Source of the DNA: Nageia nagi
Lineage: Eukaryota; Plantae; Pinophyta
DNA: 64,000 nt
Assembly (NCBI GenBank): GCA_050084985.1
Contig: JBITNC010000001.1
Span: forward strand, 146,258,001 to 146,322,000
Direction of reading: 5' to 3'
Shown here: positions 40,171 through 55,982 of the stretch, one piece after another
Layout: every line of letters begins with the position of its first letter
Position numbering within the stretch: position 1 is the first letter of the stretch
Notes under the pieces: generated by a model
What the model was told of the DNA's origin: nothing
The model's input: the letters and a program-made list of their open reading frames with translations, nothing else
Database searches by the model: none
Made by a program: the position numbers and the translations under genes

Positions 40171-40284
40171 AATATTACATTACAAATTCTAACAAGTTTC
40201 TTAATGTTTAATATTCATAGGAGTAAGAAAAGCAACACTAATCATAATATTAGTATACCTTTCATTATCTCTTGAGATGTTCTC

Positions 40285-43200
40285 TATAATGCTTCAGCTA
40301 TTCTTAACTTCACAAATCTTTAAAATTTTAAACCTACTTTTTTATTTAAATTAAACACTTGGATGGTCTAGTAATAGACAAGGTAATCCACATGAGTATG
40401 TTAATGCTACTAGTTATTTAACACCCATATGGTAAGATTGGTCAAATATTTATTAACCAACCATGATAAAAAAATCTTCTAGTGTTCACTTCTCAATGCT
40501 CATCCTATTAGAAGAACCCACATAGGTGACCCCAACATTTTCATTCATGAATTATGCAACAAATATTCTATTCATTACATTATGAATTTCTACTTGAGAG
40601 ACAAATCACCTAATAAAATGATCATACATAAGCTTAAGAATCCTTTATTGATGTGTAACCCTCTAATTCATAGGTGCAAATAGATTGTCCTAGTAAATAT
40701 CCCATATGAAATGGGTAAGTATCATCACCTATGGAATAATTTTTATACTCTTATTTGCTTAATCATAGGTAGTATGACTACTAGTTATCATCACTTGATA
40801 ACTATAGTTTTATCAACTACTACTCTCATCTAATAAACTATCAAGGGTATTAGACACTAGCCTTCCCATATCTATCAACTAGGATCACCATTTTATTTAG
40901 CATTCTAAAGTCAATATCATGGAGATCTATGGATATTATAATAATATCCGGAAGTTATTCGTTTAGTCTATTAAATATAAAAAATAGAATTATTCCCATA
41001 CTAATGTCCCTAAAAATAATTCATCTTAAACCCATTATTAGTTTTTTTACATTTCATGCTTGAATCAATCAAGAGGATTTTCTTACAATATTATTATTTG
41101 CAATAAAACCACTTCTCATATTATTATTAATATTTGATAGAAAAAAGTAATAATTTCATCAAATGTGCATACAAAATTTTGAACAAGCTTAATCATGAAG
41201 CCATCAATTATCCCATATACAGAGTGCAATAAAAAGAATAATACTTTAAGAGTACATCACTTACCAAATAATAATAATAAGCCATAAGATGTTTATAAAG
41301 ATGGCTACTTATAGTAAGGGAGTACAACATAGAGTATAACATAGTGAATATATTTTAGTTCCCATCTAGCAAAATTATTATAAGGATTTTTCTCAATTTC
41401 CTTTCTATATCAACGTCCTAATCATTTGATAACCCATAGATTTATTAGGTTTCTTAGTATGCCTATCTGGTATATCATTTGACCAATCTCTTATTTGATT
41501 CATGTGTTTACATTTCCATGCTCCTTCTTACTAAGGTATTAATCCAATAATTAGGTTTCCTTTAATTTCAAACATAAGCATTTCCTAGTAATTGCATTTG
41601 ATCCAAGTTCCATATTTTCAAAATATTATGTCAATATAATAACCAAAACATACCTATGTAAATGGGTAAACTGCGTTCTTTGCAATTTTTACCTTTCATG
41701 GATGTCTATTCACTTGAGCATCATACCTCATTTTCATCCATTGAATATTTATTTTCTTAAATCTTTTCTTTCATGGATATCAAGTTATCCATATTCCACA
41801 ATATGGTTCCTTAATTTACCATTAGTTATATTATAATTAGTCCATGGAATCTATTGTAATATTTACTACATGTTTTCAAATAATTAACAACATTTGGGCA
41901 CATTAGGATTCTTGTATCATTATTTTATTTAACCCTTCAAGACATCATTTATTTCAAAAGTATATTACAAATTTATTAGATCCACCTATAAGCATAACAT
42001 TTAATGAGACAAAATATACTTGGATCTTGACTTGTCATAAATATCTTATAACTATATCAAGGAATCAAGTGTTATCTACCTTAGTACATAATTACATTTG
42101 TTATCAATTGATTATGTATTATGATGATAGCAATACAACTAGACTAGCTGCAACCCTAATTGATACAAAAGTGATGGTATACTTCAAGTATTTTACAAAA
42201 CTACATATGATACATTTATTTCATTACAAGCAGGGTTGCAATTAAAAAATCTTTGTATAATTATAAAATTAAATGTCTTCATTTTATCCTTATACATATG
42301 GTGCATCTTCATGACATCTCCATCTTGCATATTCATCCCAACATTCCTATATTGGTTGGGTGAGAGGACTAGGAAAGGTTTTAAAGTTAATTGAGGATCA
42401 TGAAAGCTTTTTTATAGGATAAAATGCATCCTACTATAGGTGCATCACATCTCATTCTATCACATTCAATCAATTTCAATCAATAATATTCAATTAAGCA
42501 ATACTTTATGCTTTGATCTTAGGAGGTTTTATGTTCTTATTAGAACTACCTTCTTTCCTCGATCATTGAGTATAAGTTCATAACATCCTTTAACTACATC
42601 ATTAGTAATATAATATACATAAATTAAATATCATTTTTAAAAACTACTATACATTCATCAAGAATGGTACATGAATCCAATAAGTTTCTCAAATAGTAAA
42701 GTTAACCAAAGACCAATATTAAATCATTATGAAAATAATCTTATTACTCATATTTTTGCCTTGCATCCATCACTAAATATATTCTATAAAGAAATAAATC
42801 ATACTAAATAAATTTAAAAAGAAACTTCGTATCATTACTTAATCCTTTCTTGCTACTAAATCTAATATAAAATCCATAAGTATAAATTTAAAATTAACTT
42901 TTATTCCTACGATGCATATAGTTTTCAATCTTATTACTAAAATAATAGTTTTTGGAATATAATCAAATTTATTGAAGCTTGAGAGGGGGCATATATGTCT
43001 AAAACTTAGGATATAGTTTTAGCACCTATAACGAGGTGCTTGTAGAGGGGCTTATACTTATACAAGACCTCAATTTCTCTCCCATTCTTTTACAATTGGA
43101 ACTTGAATTGACTCACTAGAGTTGGAGACTACACTTTGATATATGGACTCAAACTTGTATTAGTTCCTTTTGTACATCCTCCATAGTCAACATAGATGGG

Positions 43201-45367
43201 AAGAAGTTCAATTATAAAAAGACACAATACAACCATGATAATTATTTGTATAATAGGAATATAGGCTTGCACCAAAAGAGATATTACTTATTAATTATAA
43301 TCTATTCAATAGAATCATAGATACTCATAATCATGATCATCCCAAAAGATTCTTAGTATATGATTAGGTGACTTTACTTACATATATGGATGTGTATCTT
43401 GAGATGATTTAGATTAGATACAGAGGGTTGTATCTTTACAACTATACCCATATCACATTGTACCCATATTTTTGCTAATATCAAGGGAAGACTCAACTAG
43501 ATCAGGTTGATCAAAGTGGTCTTTTTCACTATTTTTTAGTAATATAACTATAAAACCAAAGAATTTTGAATCATGTACATGGAAATAAATATAAGGGAAA
43601 CTCCAAAACTAATTATCTTCTTTATAAGCGAATGTACATAAAGTTAATTCAAGCCACATGCCTCTACAAAAAAATATTTTATCTTCAAAGGGGAGCACAG
43701 TGAAGCATGGAAAGGTGTCCAAGAAATATTCTCAAAATCTAGTTAAGCTAGGCTTCAAGAATTTAAATCAACTATAGAACTATAAGACTCATTTATATGA
43801 AGTAGTTTTGATAGAGAAGATATCAATTATGACATCTCAAATAATACTTTCAAGGAACCTAACCCTGCTATGTTATTTTCAATGTGTGACATAGAGATAA
43901 GAACTATAAGGAGAGATAAATAATAGCTAAAATCCTATAAATAATAACTTACAATTTGATACTATCACATTACACCTAATCAAAAAATACAATCTATGGG
44001 CTACTCACTAGACAATTTATACAATGTTTTAAACAAGATCGGTAAAAGAAGTATACACTATTACTCTCATGGCCTTTAGGATGGGTCAAGAAAAATTGGA
44101 TTAAGCACAAGGTAGACTATATGGTCATAGTTCAAAATTATATTTATCAAAAGGAACATGTCATAGTTTACACTCATGACTATAATTTCTCACAAGATAA
44201 TGAATTTTTAAATAATTTGTCCAATCCTTTATCTAGATACATACATATGAGTATGGATAAAATATACAATATACTGACATGATTTACTCAGACTCTTAAA
44301 TAAATTATTCCTCTTTTCAAATAAGCTACAAAATTCAAAATTAATGTTCATAGCTTAGACTAAATATTTTAGCACTAATGATTAAAATATTTGAAGAGGA
44401 CTTGGATTCAAGCATGGGAAAATGAGCATAGAAGAAATCCTTCTTAATAGATCTCAAAGCCAATATTTTTTAAGAGAAGTGATGATTATTATTTTATTAA
44501 AGTTCTTTAGGTATTTATAGCAAAATAGTGGCATAAGACTACCAAATATTTTTATATTTGGCCACCTCAAACTTTTTTGCTCATGGGAGACATAAAAATT
44601 TTTTATTTTATTGTATGATTTAACAATTTTCTTTTTGTAATTAATAAGGTCTAAATAGCCCTTCAAATTATTTTGTATACCTCAAGAAATATACCAAAAT
44701 ATATGGAAATATTTTCTCAATTATTTTTCACATCTATTGCAAAATAGAAAAGTGTATATGGAGGAAGAATATTTAGGGTTTAGGGTGGGCTACTAATTTC
44801 TTGCCTCATCATCCCTTGATAAATTTATTTTCAACTAACATTAAAAAATTATTGCATGTAAGAATAAAAATTTTTAGTGAAAAAATTAAATTTGGGTATC
44901 TAGAATATTTATTTGAAATATTGAAATTAGTTAATTAATTTCACAATAAATATTTTAGCCCATAATTTTACCTATGAAGATTGTTCTTCCTGAAAGGAAA
45001 ATTTTGTTAGCACATATAAAACATCATATACATTAGAGGGATTATGTATCATGTACAATGATGTAACTATATGATGTACAAAGGTCTCTATGGTCTATTG
45101 ACAAAGCAATACTAATCATTTCCTCACAATTACCAATCCATTCTCATAAGCAACTCATCTTTGGTCTATTGGGATCTTCAATCTAACTCTCACACAAAGT
45201 CAATATCCAACCTATATCACAACAACCTTGAATCTAACATCAAACTAATATAAATATTACATGTATCAATAAAAAATTAATCATCTCATCACATTTATAG
45301 TCTCAATCACATTCAAATTCTTGAAGGCATTTGGGTCATAATAAGTGCAATTAAGTGGGTCATTACA
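40285..45367 (-). repeat. 3' LTR of the chromovirus, ~5.08 kb
   Basis: Bounded by T(A)TAATG at 40285 and CATTACA at 45361-45367 next to the PPT; 40285-43094 is colinear with 50024-52611. Confidence 0.85.
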
Positions 45368-48300
45368 TACTACCCCCTTAAAATGAATAGAGTCCTTGTA
45401 TTATTAAACATAGTCAATAGATTTCAATAATGTTTACATAATTACTTAAATAAATAAATAAATTATTTTGTTATGAAAGATATATCTTCCCAAGTGTAAT
45501 ACGTTTTAGAGTACTTTCCCTATTGGACTAAACATTCATTTATCTTCTAACTTCTTAATTCCCCAATCCTAAAAGTTAGGATTTTGACTGGGAGAACTTC
45601 AACAACTTGAGGGTATGACATATACAAGTTAAAAAAACTTCAACACATGAGAATGGTCAAAAAAATACTTTCTAAATAATGAGACATGAAATACATCATG
45701 CATCTTTGACAAACTGTATATGATTACTTTATTTCCCACAACAAATTCGTGAGGAGTTCTCTTAAGATCAAGATAACTCTTTTGATGGTCAATAGCTTCC
45801 TTGAGCTTATCATATGAATTTGAATTGATCCTCCATTTATTTTAATATTTTAAGTTATATCATCATTGGATCCTCTTGATTATCCCAAGATAAAGGAGTT
45901 CTACATCTCCTTTGATAAATGGTATTGATTATTATAGGAAAAATTGATTAAACATAGGTAATCCTCCCATTTAGTCTTTTTTTTATGCAGTACATTCTGA
46001 ACATATCCTCCAGAACTCTATTCACAAGATTAATCTACCAATCTATATCTAGATGATATGCTAAACTCATATTCAATTTTGTTCCTAATGCTTTATGTAA
46101 ATAATTTCAAAAGATGAAGGTGAACTTTGAACTTCTATTTGAGATGATCACCTCTAGAAATCTATATAATCTAAAGATCTCATGTGCAAAATTTTTTTCC
46201 ATAGTAGGGACATAATTAATGGTATTGGTAGGTATAAAATTTGCTACCTTGTTCAATCTATCAACCACTACCAAAATTGAGTCATGATGGAACCTAATTT
46301 TTGGTAAAACATCAATAAAATTCATCAAAATTACCTACCATTTTTGTGTAAGAATGTCACATGGATATAAATATTCACATGGATGTTGATGCTCTACTTT
46401 TACCTTTTCATATTCAAGATAATTAGCTATAAATTTTGTTATTTATCTCTTCATATGATCCCAATAAAATTTTTTATTCAAGTCTTTCCTCATTTTAAGA
46501 CCTACAATATGTGCTACATAATAAGGTTAATGGTCTTCTTGCATGATCAAATTCCTTTAATCACCTCTCTTAGGAATGATCAATCTATACTTAAAATAAA
46601 GAACTCTATATTTTTCATTAAAATTTTGGGATGATGGGATACCCTTCCTTATAAATTCTTGAATATATTCATAATATGCATCCTCTTACTATAGGACCTT
46701 TACTTGATCAAATAAATCATGTCATGATGTTTACATATTGTTGAAAAATTAGAGCATCTTTCACCTTATTCTTTTTCCCTTAAATACATTCAATAGAAAA
46801 ATCATACTCAACTACTAACTTCATCCATTCACTTTGCCTAGAATTCAAATCTAACTGAGTGAAGAAATACTTCAAATTTTTGTGGTCTATCTCAATTTTG
46901 AAGTGTTTTCATAAAAGTAGTGCCTCCTTATCTTAAGTGCATAAACTATGATTGCCAAATCAAGATCATTAGTTTCATAATTTAGCTCATGGATTCTCAA
47001 TTTCCCTAGATTTATATGCTACTAATTTTTTATTTTGTGATAAAATACCACCTAAACCTTCTAGTGAAGCATTTGTGCATACTAAGAAATCACCATGTGG
47101 ATCAGGGATGGTGATATAGTATTGTGGTAAGTTTTTCTTTTAGGATAACAAAATCTTTTCATATTTTTCTTTCCACTTGAAGACCTTATTCTTTTTTTAA
47201 AGTATAGTGATGGAACTAGCTATTTTTCAAATATCTTTGATAAACCTTAAATAATATCTGGCAAACCCTATAAAAATTCTTACTTAAATCATATTTTTTG
47301 GTGCAAGCCCACTTATTAATGCTTACACTCTCTTAAGATGGACTTACATTCCATTTCTAGAAATGATATGGCCTAGATACTAAATTTGTGAAATGTAAAA
47401 TTCACATTTTGATAGTTTTTTATATTACTACTTTTTCCTAAATACTTCTAAAGCCATTCTTAAGTAAAGATTATTCTCCTCTTCATTTCTTGAATATATT
47501 AGGATGCCATTGAGAAATATCAATATGTAAACTTATCAAGATTCTCTTGATTAAACTATTCATCAATTTCATGAAAGTTGTAGGGGAAATTGGTAACCCA
47601 AAGGGTAGTACCACTAACTTATAATTTCTATACTTGGTTTTGAAATCTATATTAGGAGTATCTAAACTCTTGATTATAAATTGATGTTATCCTAATCTTA
47701 AACCTATTTTGTAAAAGATAGTAACAACATTAACTTGATCAAATAAATCATGCATCCTAGTTAGTTGATACCTATTTTTCTTTATTTAGCATTGTGTAAT
47801 TAATAGAAAACCTTAAGGTAGCATCTTTCTTCTTTACAAATAGCACTAGATGTCCCATGGTGATACACTAGGTTTAATCAAACCATTTTCTAAGAGATCT
47901 TGGAATTGTACTTTGAACTCTTACAATTCAATGGTGTTCATTCCATATGGAGTTCTAGAAATAGGCTCTACTTTGGGTACCAAGTCTATCAAGAAATCTA
48001 ATTCTCATTTTGGGAGTAACCTAGTAGATCATCAAGGAATATATCTCTATATTATCCTAAAAAAGAGTACTTAATTAATGACTCTATATCTTTGTCATTT
48101 GGTTCCACATCCTTAACTTTGACTACATATATCATCTCCATTTTTTATTATGCTTCCTTTTACTTGCATCGATTTTGAGACTCATCAGTGTATTCTACCT
48201 ATCATTTTTGAAATTTAATTATGGACTTGTGATCCATTAACCAATCCATACCAAAAATTGTATTGTAAGAGGCTAATGGAACCACATACAAATACTAAAT

Positions 48301-50023
48301 AGTATATCCCTTGGGTAACTCTAATTAAACATCCCTAAAACACTTTCTAATAGGGTACTTCTATCAACATCCAAACACCACTTTCCATCTATTTGTCAAA
48401 AATTCTAGTGCCTTAGATACATATTTAACTAAAGAATTTGAAATAAAACTATCTATAACACCATAATCTATAAAAACCTTAAAAAATTTATTAGATACTT
48501 TACCCATAATTTGAAGGAAATTGGTTTGTCCTCTAGTCTATACCAATCTGGTAACTACAAAAATACAATACTCTTTAGGTTGATTTGTCTTCAATAAGCA
48601 TTGATTTACATAATGAGATATACTATATTTCCAATATGCATCTTTAGGGCCCCTTTTCAATTTTGAAAACTTATCCTTGGGTACATTCTAGTCAGCACTT
48701 TTGTCTAAAAATCCTTGACAATGGTTTCTAGACCCTTGGCTTCCATTCTCATGATTCTAATTTTATTTTAAAAATTGCAAATTTTGCCTTTGAAAATTCT
48801 TCTTTTTGGTTTTTTGTTTTTTAATTACCAGATGGTCTTTTCTTAAAATTGGGTTTGTTACCATCTTTATGCCTATTATAAATATTATCATTGATCTTCT
48901 TGTTGCTTGGATTTTGGGCTTATTATTCCTATTCCCATGTCAAGAATCCTACATTTTTACTCTTTTGTTAGATTTCTTTATCCTTTTCATGAAGAAGATT
49001 ATAGTTTATGAAGGTAACACTCAAATTTCCCTCTTCTCTCTTTCCAAGTTCATATGCTTCTTTGAGTATTTTTGGGCTTAACACATTCACCAGAATCTTG
49101 ATCTTGGGGTCTAGCCCAATAAAAAACCTATGAACCTTCATATGATTCTTATCTTTAAGAACATATTTAAGTAGCCTAAAAATATTTTAGTGGTGGCTTT
49201 GGAAAGACATGGAAACTTGTTCCAGAGTATAATATTATTCATAATTACTATAATAATAGTGTTGTGGGATGAATCTTTTATGAAATGTTGCAATAATATT
49301 TGATCATTTAAGATATTGAATCCCATGTTCATTCTTTTATGCATTCCCACCATTTTAGTGCAATATCCTAGAAATTGTTAGTATCCTATGTAGTCTTAAT
49401 TTTTGGAGATAAGTTCTTAATAGAGAACTACATCTCTTCTTCTTCTAACCATACCTCATCTTGCTCACCCTCTTGCTTACCATTAAATTTTGAGATTTGG
49501 GATTTTTTATGATCTAAAGCAAGCTCCTATTTGATCCTTACATAAATTTGGAATTTTTTCCCTTAAGGCCGTACTTGTTCTAGAATAGGTTCTTCTTACA
49601 GAAGTCTAGTTCATTAATTTAGCAATTTTTTGATAATATGCTATTATTTTACCACTTATTCTTATAACTTTCTAATGGTTTCTTCACTGCAATTGTTCCT
49701 ACTGGAATAACTTGCAAAAATCTTGGTTTCATTTTTATTAGATGCTCTTGTATTGGAATTACACATGTTTCTATTCCTTAAATTTTGACCTTGAACATTT
49801 ATTCTATTTACCATTGCATTAGCATTTATAGGGAGACCATTTCTTGCACCTTGTTGTAGGTTGCTATAATCTCTAGTTTTGTATCTTGGGAATACCATAA
49901 TCTAAGTCCATAAAATTGTATGGTAATTAAGCTCAATAATACTCATCTCAACCTCTTAAACTCTTACAAAAAAGAGTAATGGATCATAGGCCCAATTATT
50001 TGAAATTCATTCTCTAATACCAA

Positions 50024-52611
50024 TGTAATGCTTCACCTATTCTTGACTTCACAAAATCCTAAAATTTTAAACCTATTTTTTATTTAATTTAAATACTTGA
50101 ATTGTATAGAATTAGAAAAGGCAATCCATATAATCATGTTAATGTTTCTAGCTAGTCAACACCCATATGGAAAGATTGGTCAAATCTTGATTTACTATAC
50201 CTCATCAAAAACCTTTTGGTGTTCATTTCTCAATGGTCATCTTGTTGAAAGATGACACATAGATGATCCCATCATTTCTATCCACTAACTATACAATGGA
50301 AATTTTGGTCATGATGTTGTGGTTTCCTAATTGGAGCCTATATCACCAAAGAGAATGCTCATCCATAAGGTTAGGTATCCTTTCTCCTATGGAACAATCA
50401 TCATACTCTTATTTTCTTAACCAATGGTAGTATGACTACTAGTTACCCTCACTTGGTTACTACATTTTTTATTAACTAATACCCTCATTGGATAACCTTT
50501 CAAGGGTATGAGATACTAGCCTACCCATATCTTTTGGCTAGGCTCACCTTGTTCTCTGGCATTCTCGTACCCATATCCTAGGGAGATATTCATATTAGAA
50601 TAATATCATCAAGAGGTTTATTTAGTCTTACAAATTTCAAAAGTAATATTATAAAATAAAACTATCCCTTATTAATAAATATAATTGATCTTCGATCAAT
50701 TACTATTTTTCTAAGTTTTATGCTTGAATCAAGTAATAGGATGTTCTTACAATCTAATTAGTTGAAATCAAACCAATTCACAATTATTATATGTATTTGA
50801 TAAACAAAAGTAACAATTTCATCAAATGTGTATAATAAATTTCAAACAAGCTTAATCATGAAGACATCAAGGAATATTAAATAGTACCTTACTTCAATTT
50901 TCCAATATGCATAGTGCGACATAAATAATAATACTTTAAAAGTACATCACTTTCTAGATAATAATAATAAGCCTTGATATGCTTCTAAAGTTGGCTACTC
51001 CAAGGAAAAGAGTACAACATATAGTATAACATACTTAGGGAATATATTTTGGCTCTTATCAAGCAAAATTATGATAATAAGGCTTTATCCAAGTTTCTTT
51101 TCTATATCACTTTCTTAATCATTTGATAACCCATAAATTTAATAGATTACTTAGTATGCCTATCTAGTATATCATATGATCAATCTCTTATTTGATTCAT
51201 GTTTACATTTCAATTCTCCTTCTTACTAGGGGATTGATCTATTAATTAGGTTTCCACTAATTTCAAACAAAAGAATTAGCTAGTAATTGCACTTGAGCCA
51301 GCTTCCATCTTTTCAAAATATTACATTAATATCATAACAAAAACATACTATGGTAATGTGGGTAAACTATTTTGTTCTCCATTTTAACATCTCATGGATT
51401 TCTATTCACTCAAGCATAATACCTCATTTTGAACTATTGAATATTTATTTCCATAAATATTTTAATTTACTATCACTATGAAGATTCTCTTTCAATATCA
51501 GGTTATCCATATTCCACAATATGGTTCCTTAATTCACCATTAGTTATATTGTAATAACATTTGTTATAAATCAATTATGTAAAAATGGGTATTGGCATCC
51601 TTCATGCTCAAACATGTATCATGATGATAGAAATATAACTACACTAGTTGTAACCATAATTGATAGAAAAGTCATGGTATACTTCAATTATTTCATAAAA
51701 ATATATATGATGCATTTATTTCATTAAAAAGTGGATTTTTAATTACAAAATCCAAGTATAACCATAACATTGAAGATCTTAAATTTATTCTTATCCATAT
51801 GGTGCATTTTCATGACATCTTCATCTTCTATGTTCATCCCTAGGATCCAAGATTCATTGGATAAGAGTACTAGGAAAGGTTTTAAGTTTAATTAAGGATC
51901 ATGAAAGCTCTTTTATAGGATAAATTGAATTCTCCCCTAGTTTAATCACATCTCATTCTATCATATTCAATCAATTTAAATCAAGAATATTCTATTAGGC
52001 AATAGTCTATTATTAGATCTCAAAAGGTTTTAAGTTGTCACTAGCACTACCTTGCTTCCTTGATCGTAGAGTATAATTTCACCACTTTGTTTAACCAAAT
52101 TATTGATGATATAACATATATCAAATATAAATCATTTCAAAAAATTACTATCAATTATCCATTATACATTCATCAAAGAATGGTAAATCAATCCAATAAG
52201 ATTCTTAAATAGTAAAGTTAAATCAAAGACCAATATTTAATAAATTTGAAAATAGTCTTATTACTTATATTTTTTCCTTGCATCTATCACTAAATCAATA
52301 CTATAAAATAATAAAGCATACTAATTAAATTTAAAAATAAACTTAATATCATTACTTAGTCCTTTCTTGCTACTAAAGCTATTATACAATCCACAAATAC
52401 AAATTTCAAATTAACTTTTATTCTTAGGATGCGTATAGTTTTAAATATTATTATTAAAATCATAGCTTTTGGAATATAATTAGATTTATTAAATGTTTAG
52501 AGGGACTATATATGCCTAAAACTTAGGATAAAGTTTTTATGCCTTTAATGAGGTATGAGGAGAGGGGCTAGTATTATATAAGATGTCGATTTCCCTCCCT
52601 ATTCTTTTACA
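50024..52611 (-). repeat. 5' LTR of the chromovirus, truncated to ~2.6 kb
   Basis: Starts TGTAATG next to the PBS; roughly 75-85% identical by eye to 40285-43094; homology ends at ATTCTTTTACA (52611), where copia RT sequence begins. Confidence 0.9.
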
Positions 52612-55481
52612 AAACCTTTTAAAAAAACATTAGAACCTCCACAATATAATGCATATTTGGATGTACCTATCAAATACATGAAAATATATTCTACCAATTT
52701 CTAGTTCCCTTTACTTGGATTACTCATATACTTACTCACCACTCCCACTGTTTGTGCAATATCTAGTTTAGTGCACACCATTACATACATCAAGCTTCTA
52801 ACCATTGAAGAATAGGGAACCTTCTTCATATAATCATATTCCTCTTGTGTTTATGGACACAATTCCTTTGAAATATTGAATTGAGTTCCCAAGGGTTATG
52901 CACCACTATTTGTGTTATTCATGTTGAACCTCTTTAACACCTTCTCAATGTAGTCTTCTTGAGATAATGTGAGAGTGTGGTTTTCTTTATCTCTTATGAT
53001 CTTCATACCAAGTATTTGCCTAGCCTTACCAAAATCCTTCATGTTGAATGTTTTGGATAACCTTTCCTTGAGACCATTAATATCATTCTTGCTAGTTCTT
53101 GGAAAAAGCATGTTATCCAGATATAAGATCAAAATAACATAATTATATTTACTTGTTCTTTTAAAATAAACATAATGCCAGATTGACATCTCATAAACTT
53201 TTACTTTCCCATGAATGTATCAAATTTCAAATTCCATTTCCTTGGAACTTGTTTTATGTCATAAAAGCTCTCTTCCAATCTACATACAAATCCCTCTTTA
53301 CCTTTTACCTCAAACCCTTCAAGTTGTTGCATATAGATCTCCTCCAAATATCCATGAAGAAATGTTGTTTTCACATCCAATTTTTAAAGAAACAAATTTT
53401 TTGAAGAAACAATATTAAGAATTATTCTAATTGGGATCATCTTGATAACTAGTGAGAAACTTTCATCATAATCAATTCCTCTCTTTTAAGCATAACCCTT
53501 TACCACAAGCCTAGCCTTATAATTTTGCTTACCATTTCCTTTATCCTTTAACCTATACATCCATTTGTTTGTTAAGGCTCTCTTATCTTTAGTGAGTGTC
53601 ACCAAATCTCATATTTGGTTTTGAAGTAATGAGTTCATTTCTTCCTTCATAACATGCTCCCACTTGTCCTATGTACTCAATTATTTTACTTCATCAAAAT
53701 GCTCAAGTTCACAAAAATCAGTATATAACACATAATGAAGTGCAGGTTTGAATTGATTTGGTAACTTACTTTCCCTTGTAGGCATTACATAATCAGAGAA
53801 ACATTGAGGTATTTTACTTATCCTTGAAGATCTCCTCACAATAAGAGTAGGTGATGTTTGATATTCTTATTCTTCTTCTTATGATTATGGTTATGGAGGA
53901 GCTTCTATGTGAAGCTTATGATTGCTTTTTCCTTCATCATCAAGAACCACATACTTTGGTTCTTTCCTTTAATTTTGCTTTTCCTATAACTTGTCTTTAT
54001 AAAAATATTTTTCATTGAAAATAACATTTCCACTCCTGATGATATTATGATTATCAATATCCCATAACCTATATTCCAAGTGATCAACTCCATACCCAAT
54101 GAAATAACATTTTTGATACTTTACATCTAATGTATTTCTATTTTCCTTATCAATACATCCATAAGCCTCACAACCAAATAATCTTCAAAAGGAATAATTC
54201 ACCTTTTTACTTGTCCATGCTTCTAGATTTCCTCCATCCAAAGTAGTATAGGGAATCCTATTAATTAAATACACAATAATATCAATCATGTTAGCCCAAA
54301 GAAATAAATGCAAACCAACAAGTATCCTCATCCTTCTTTCTCTTTCTAATATAATCATGTTCATCCTTTCAAACATCCCATTTTCTTGAGGTATTTTAGG
54401 AACTACCTTAATCCTTCTAATGCCATTTTGTGAACAAAAATCATCAAACTTTTTTCCACAAAGTTCACCATCATTATTTAATTTTAGATATTTAATCCTT
54501 TGATTAGTTTCATTTTCTACCAATGATTTCTAAACCTTAAACACCTCAAACACATCATTTTTATTTTTAAGTAGAAATACCCATATTTTTCTAGTGCAAT
54601 CATCAATAAATGTTATCAAGTAAGATGAGCCCCCAAGTGATGTTATTTGTGATGGTCCCCACAAATTAGTGTGTACAAGTTTCTTTAACCACTTTTAATA
54701 AACTCACTCTTCTTTGTTTTCCATAAACATAATCTTCACAAAATCCCAAATCAACCCCTTTCAAATTAGGAAGCAACTTTCTAGAGTGTAATATTGTTGT
54801 ACCTATCTCACTCATATGTCCAATTCTATTATGACACATTGAAGCATTCTCTTTGAGTGAAATAATATTCATATAATATATCAAAACATTGGTAATTTAA
54901 TAGAAAGTGCCTATCATTAAACTTTTGCTATTACTAATGAGCCTTTAGTTACTTTCCAAGAGAGATTACCAAGTAAAATCATATACCCTTCCTTATCCAA
55001 TTTGCTAGCTGAAATAAAGATTTATTTTTAAATATGGAATGTGTCTTATTTCATACAAAGTTCATTGTGTACCATTAGGAAGTTTCATTGCTATTGTACC
55101 AATTCCAATTATTTTACATGAATGGTCATTACCTAGCAATACTTCACCATAGTCACCCATAATATAATCTACAAAATATTCTCTATGAGAAGTAACATGA
55201 TAAGAGGCACTGAAATCAACCAATATTCATCATTTTTATAAGGATATAATATCAATGAATATTATAAAAGTTTATTTGAAATATTATCTTCTTCACTTTC
55301 ACTTGAACTAACATTACCATCATTGCCATCGCTCCTTAGGTGACCCTTTTTACCATAATACCAGCATTCCAAATTCATTTTTACCTTGACTTGATTGAGA
55401 ATGAAATCTAACTCCTAATATCCTCACTAAGTATTGTACTAATTACTTTATCAAGTATGTTTTGAGTTAGAAAAAATATTT

Positions 55482-55982
55482 CTAACCGCCATAACAAAAT
55501 GTATTCCAAATTTCAAGAAGAGAGCATAAGAGTAACAATTCCTCAATCTCATCATCAAAATTAATCTTTACTAAATCTAATTGAGATGTCACACTATTGA
55601 AATTATTGACATGGTCTTGAATGTTTCTAGCTTCATTCATTTTCAAATTAAAGAACATCTTCATAAGATGTACCTTATTAGATACTAAAGGCTTCTCATA
55701 CATCTTTTTAAAAGCATACATAACTCCCTTTATTGATTTCTCCTTGAAGATATTGAAGGCAACACTTGAGCTAAGACATAACCTCAAAGACCCAAGCACC
55801 TTTCTATACAAGAGCACCCATTCATTATCATTGAAATTTGTAGGTTTCTTTCCTTCAAGAGATAAGTGGAGATCCTTTTGATAAAGATAATCCTCCATTT
55901 GCATCTTTGAATATTGAAAATTTATACCATTGAATTCTTTTATCCTTAGTGTTTTGTATGCCATATTATTTTTCTTGATCAA
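55482..55982 (-). pseudogene. Copia gag N-terminal/UBN2 ORF remnant (166 aa)
   Basis: EFNGINFQYSKMQMEDYLYQKDL..KMYEKPLVSNKVHLMKMFFNLKM..LLLLCSL is typical of Tnt1-type gag; frameshifted downstream. Confidence 0.88.

Larger units (their letters stand above)
40285..52611 (-). mobile_element. Degenerate Ty3/gypsy chromovirus (Tekay/Del-like): truncated 5' LTR, PBS, gag-PR-RT-RH-INT-chromodomain, PPT, 3' LTR
   Basis: PBS at 50012-50022; protease VFIDYGVIDSFIS (~48440-48478); RT PSVSPW..VLFVKKKDATLR and FLNGILIYSRNEEE; RNase H VCTNASLEGLGGIL (~47040-47082); integrase MNFIDVLP..DSILVVVDRLNK (46107-46328); chromodomain-like CLVQ*GKYSKTYYTWE (~45487-45535); PPT AAGGGGGTAG at ~45370-45379. Confidence 0.93.

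Noticed and set aside
44772-44785. TTTAGGGTTTAGGG telomeric repeat
   Set aside because: Only two units inside an LTR; too short to call an interstitial telomere
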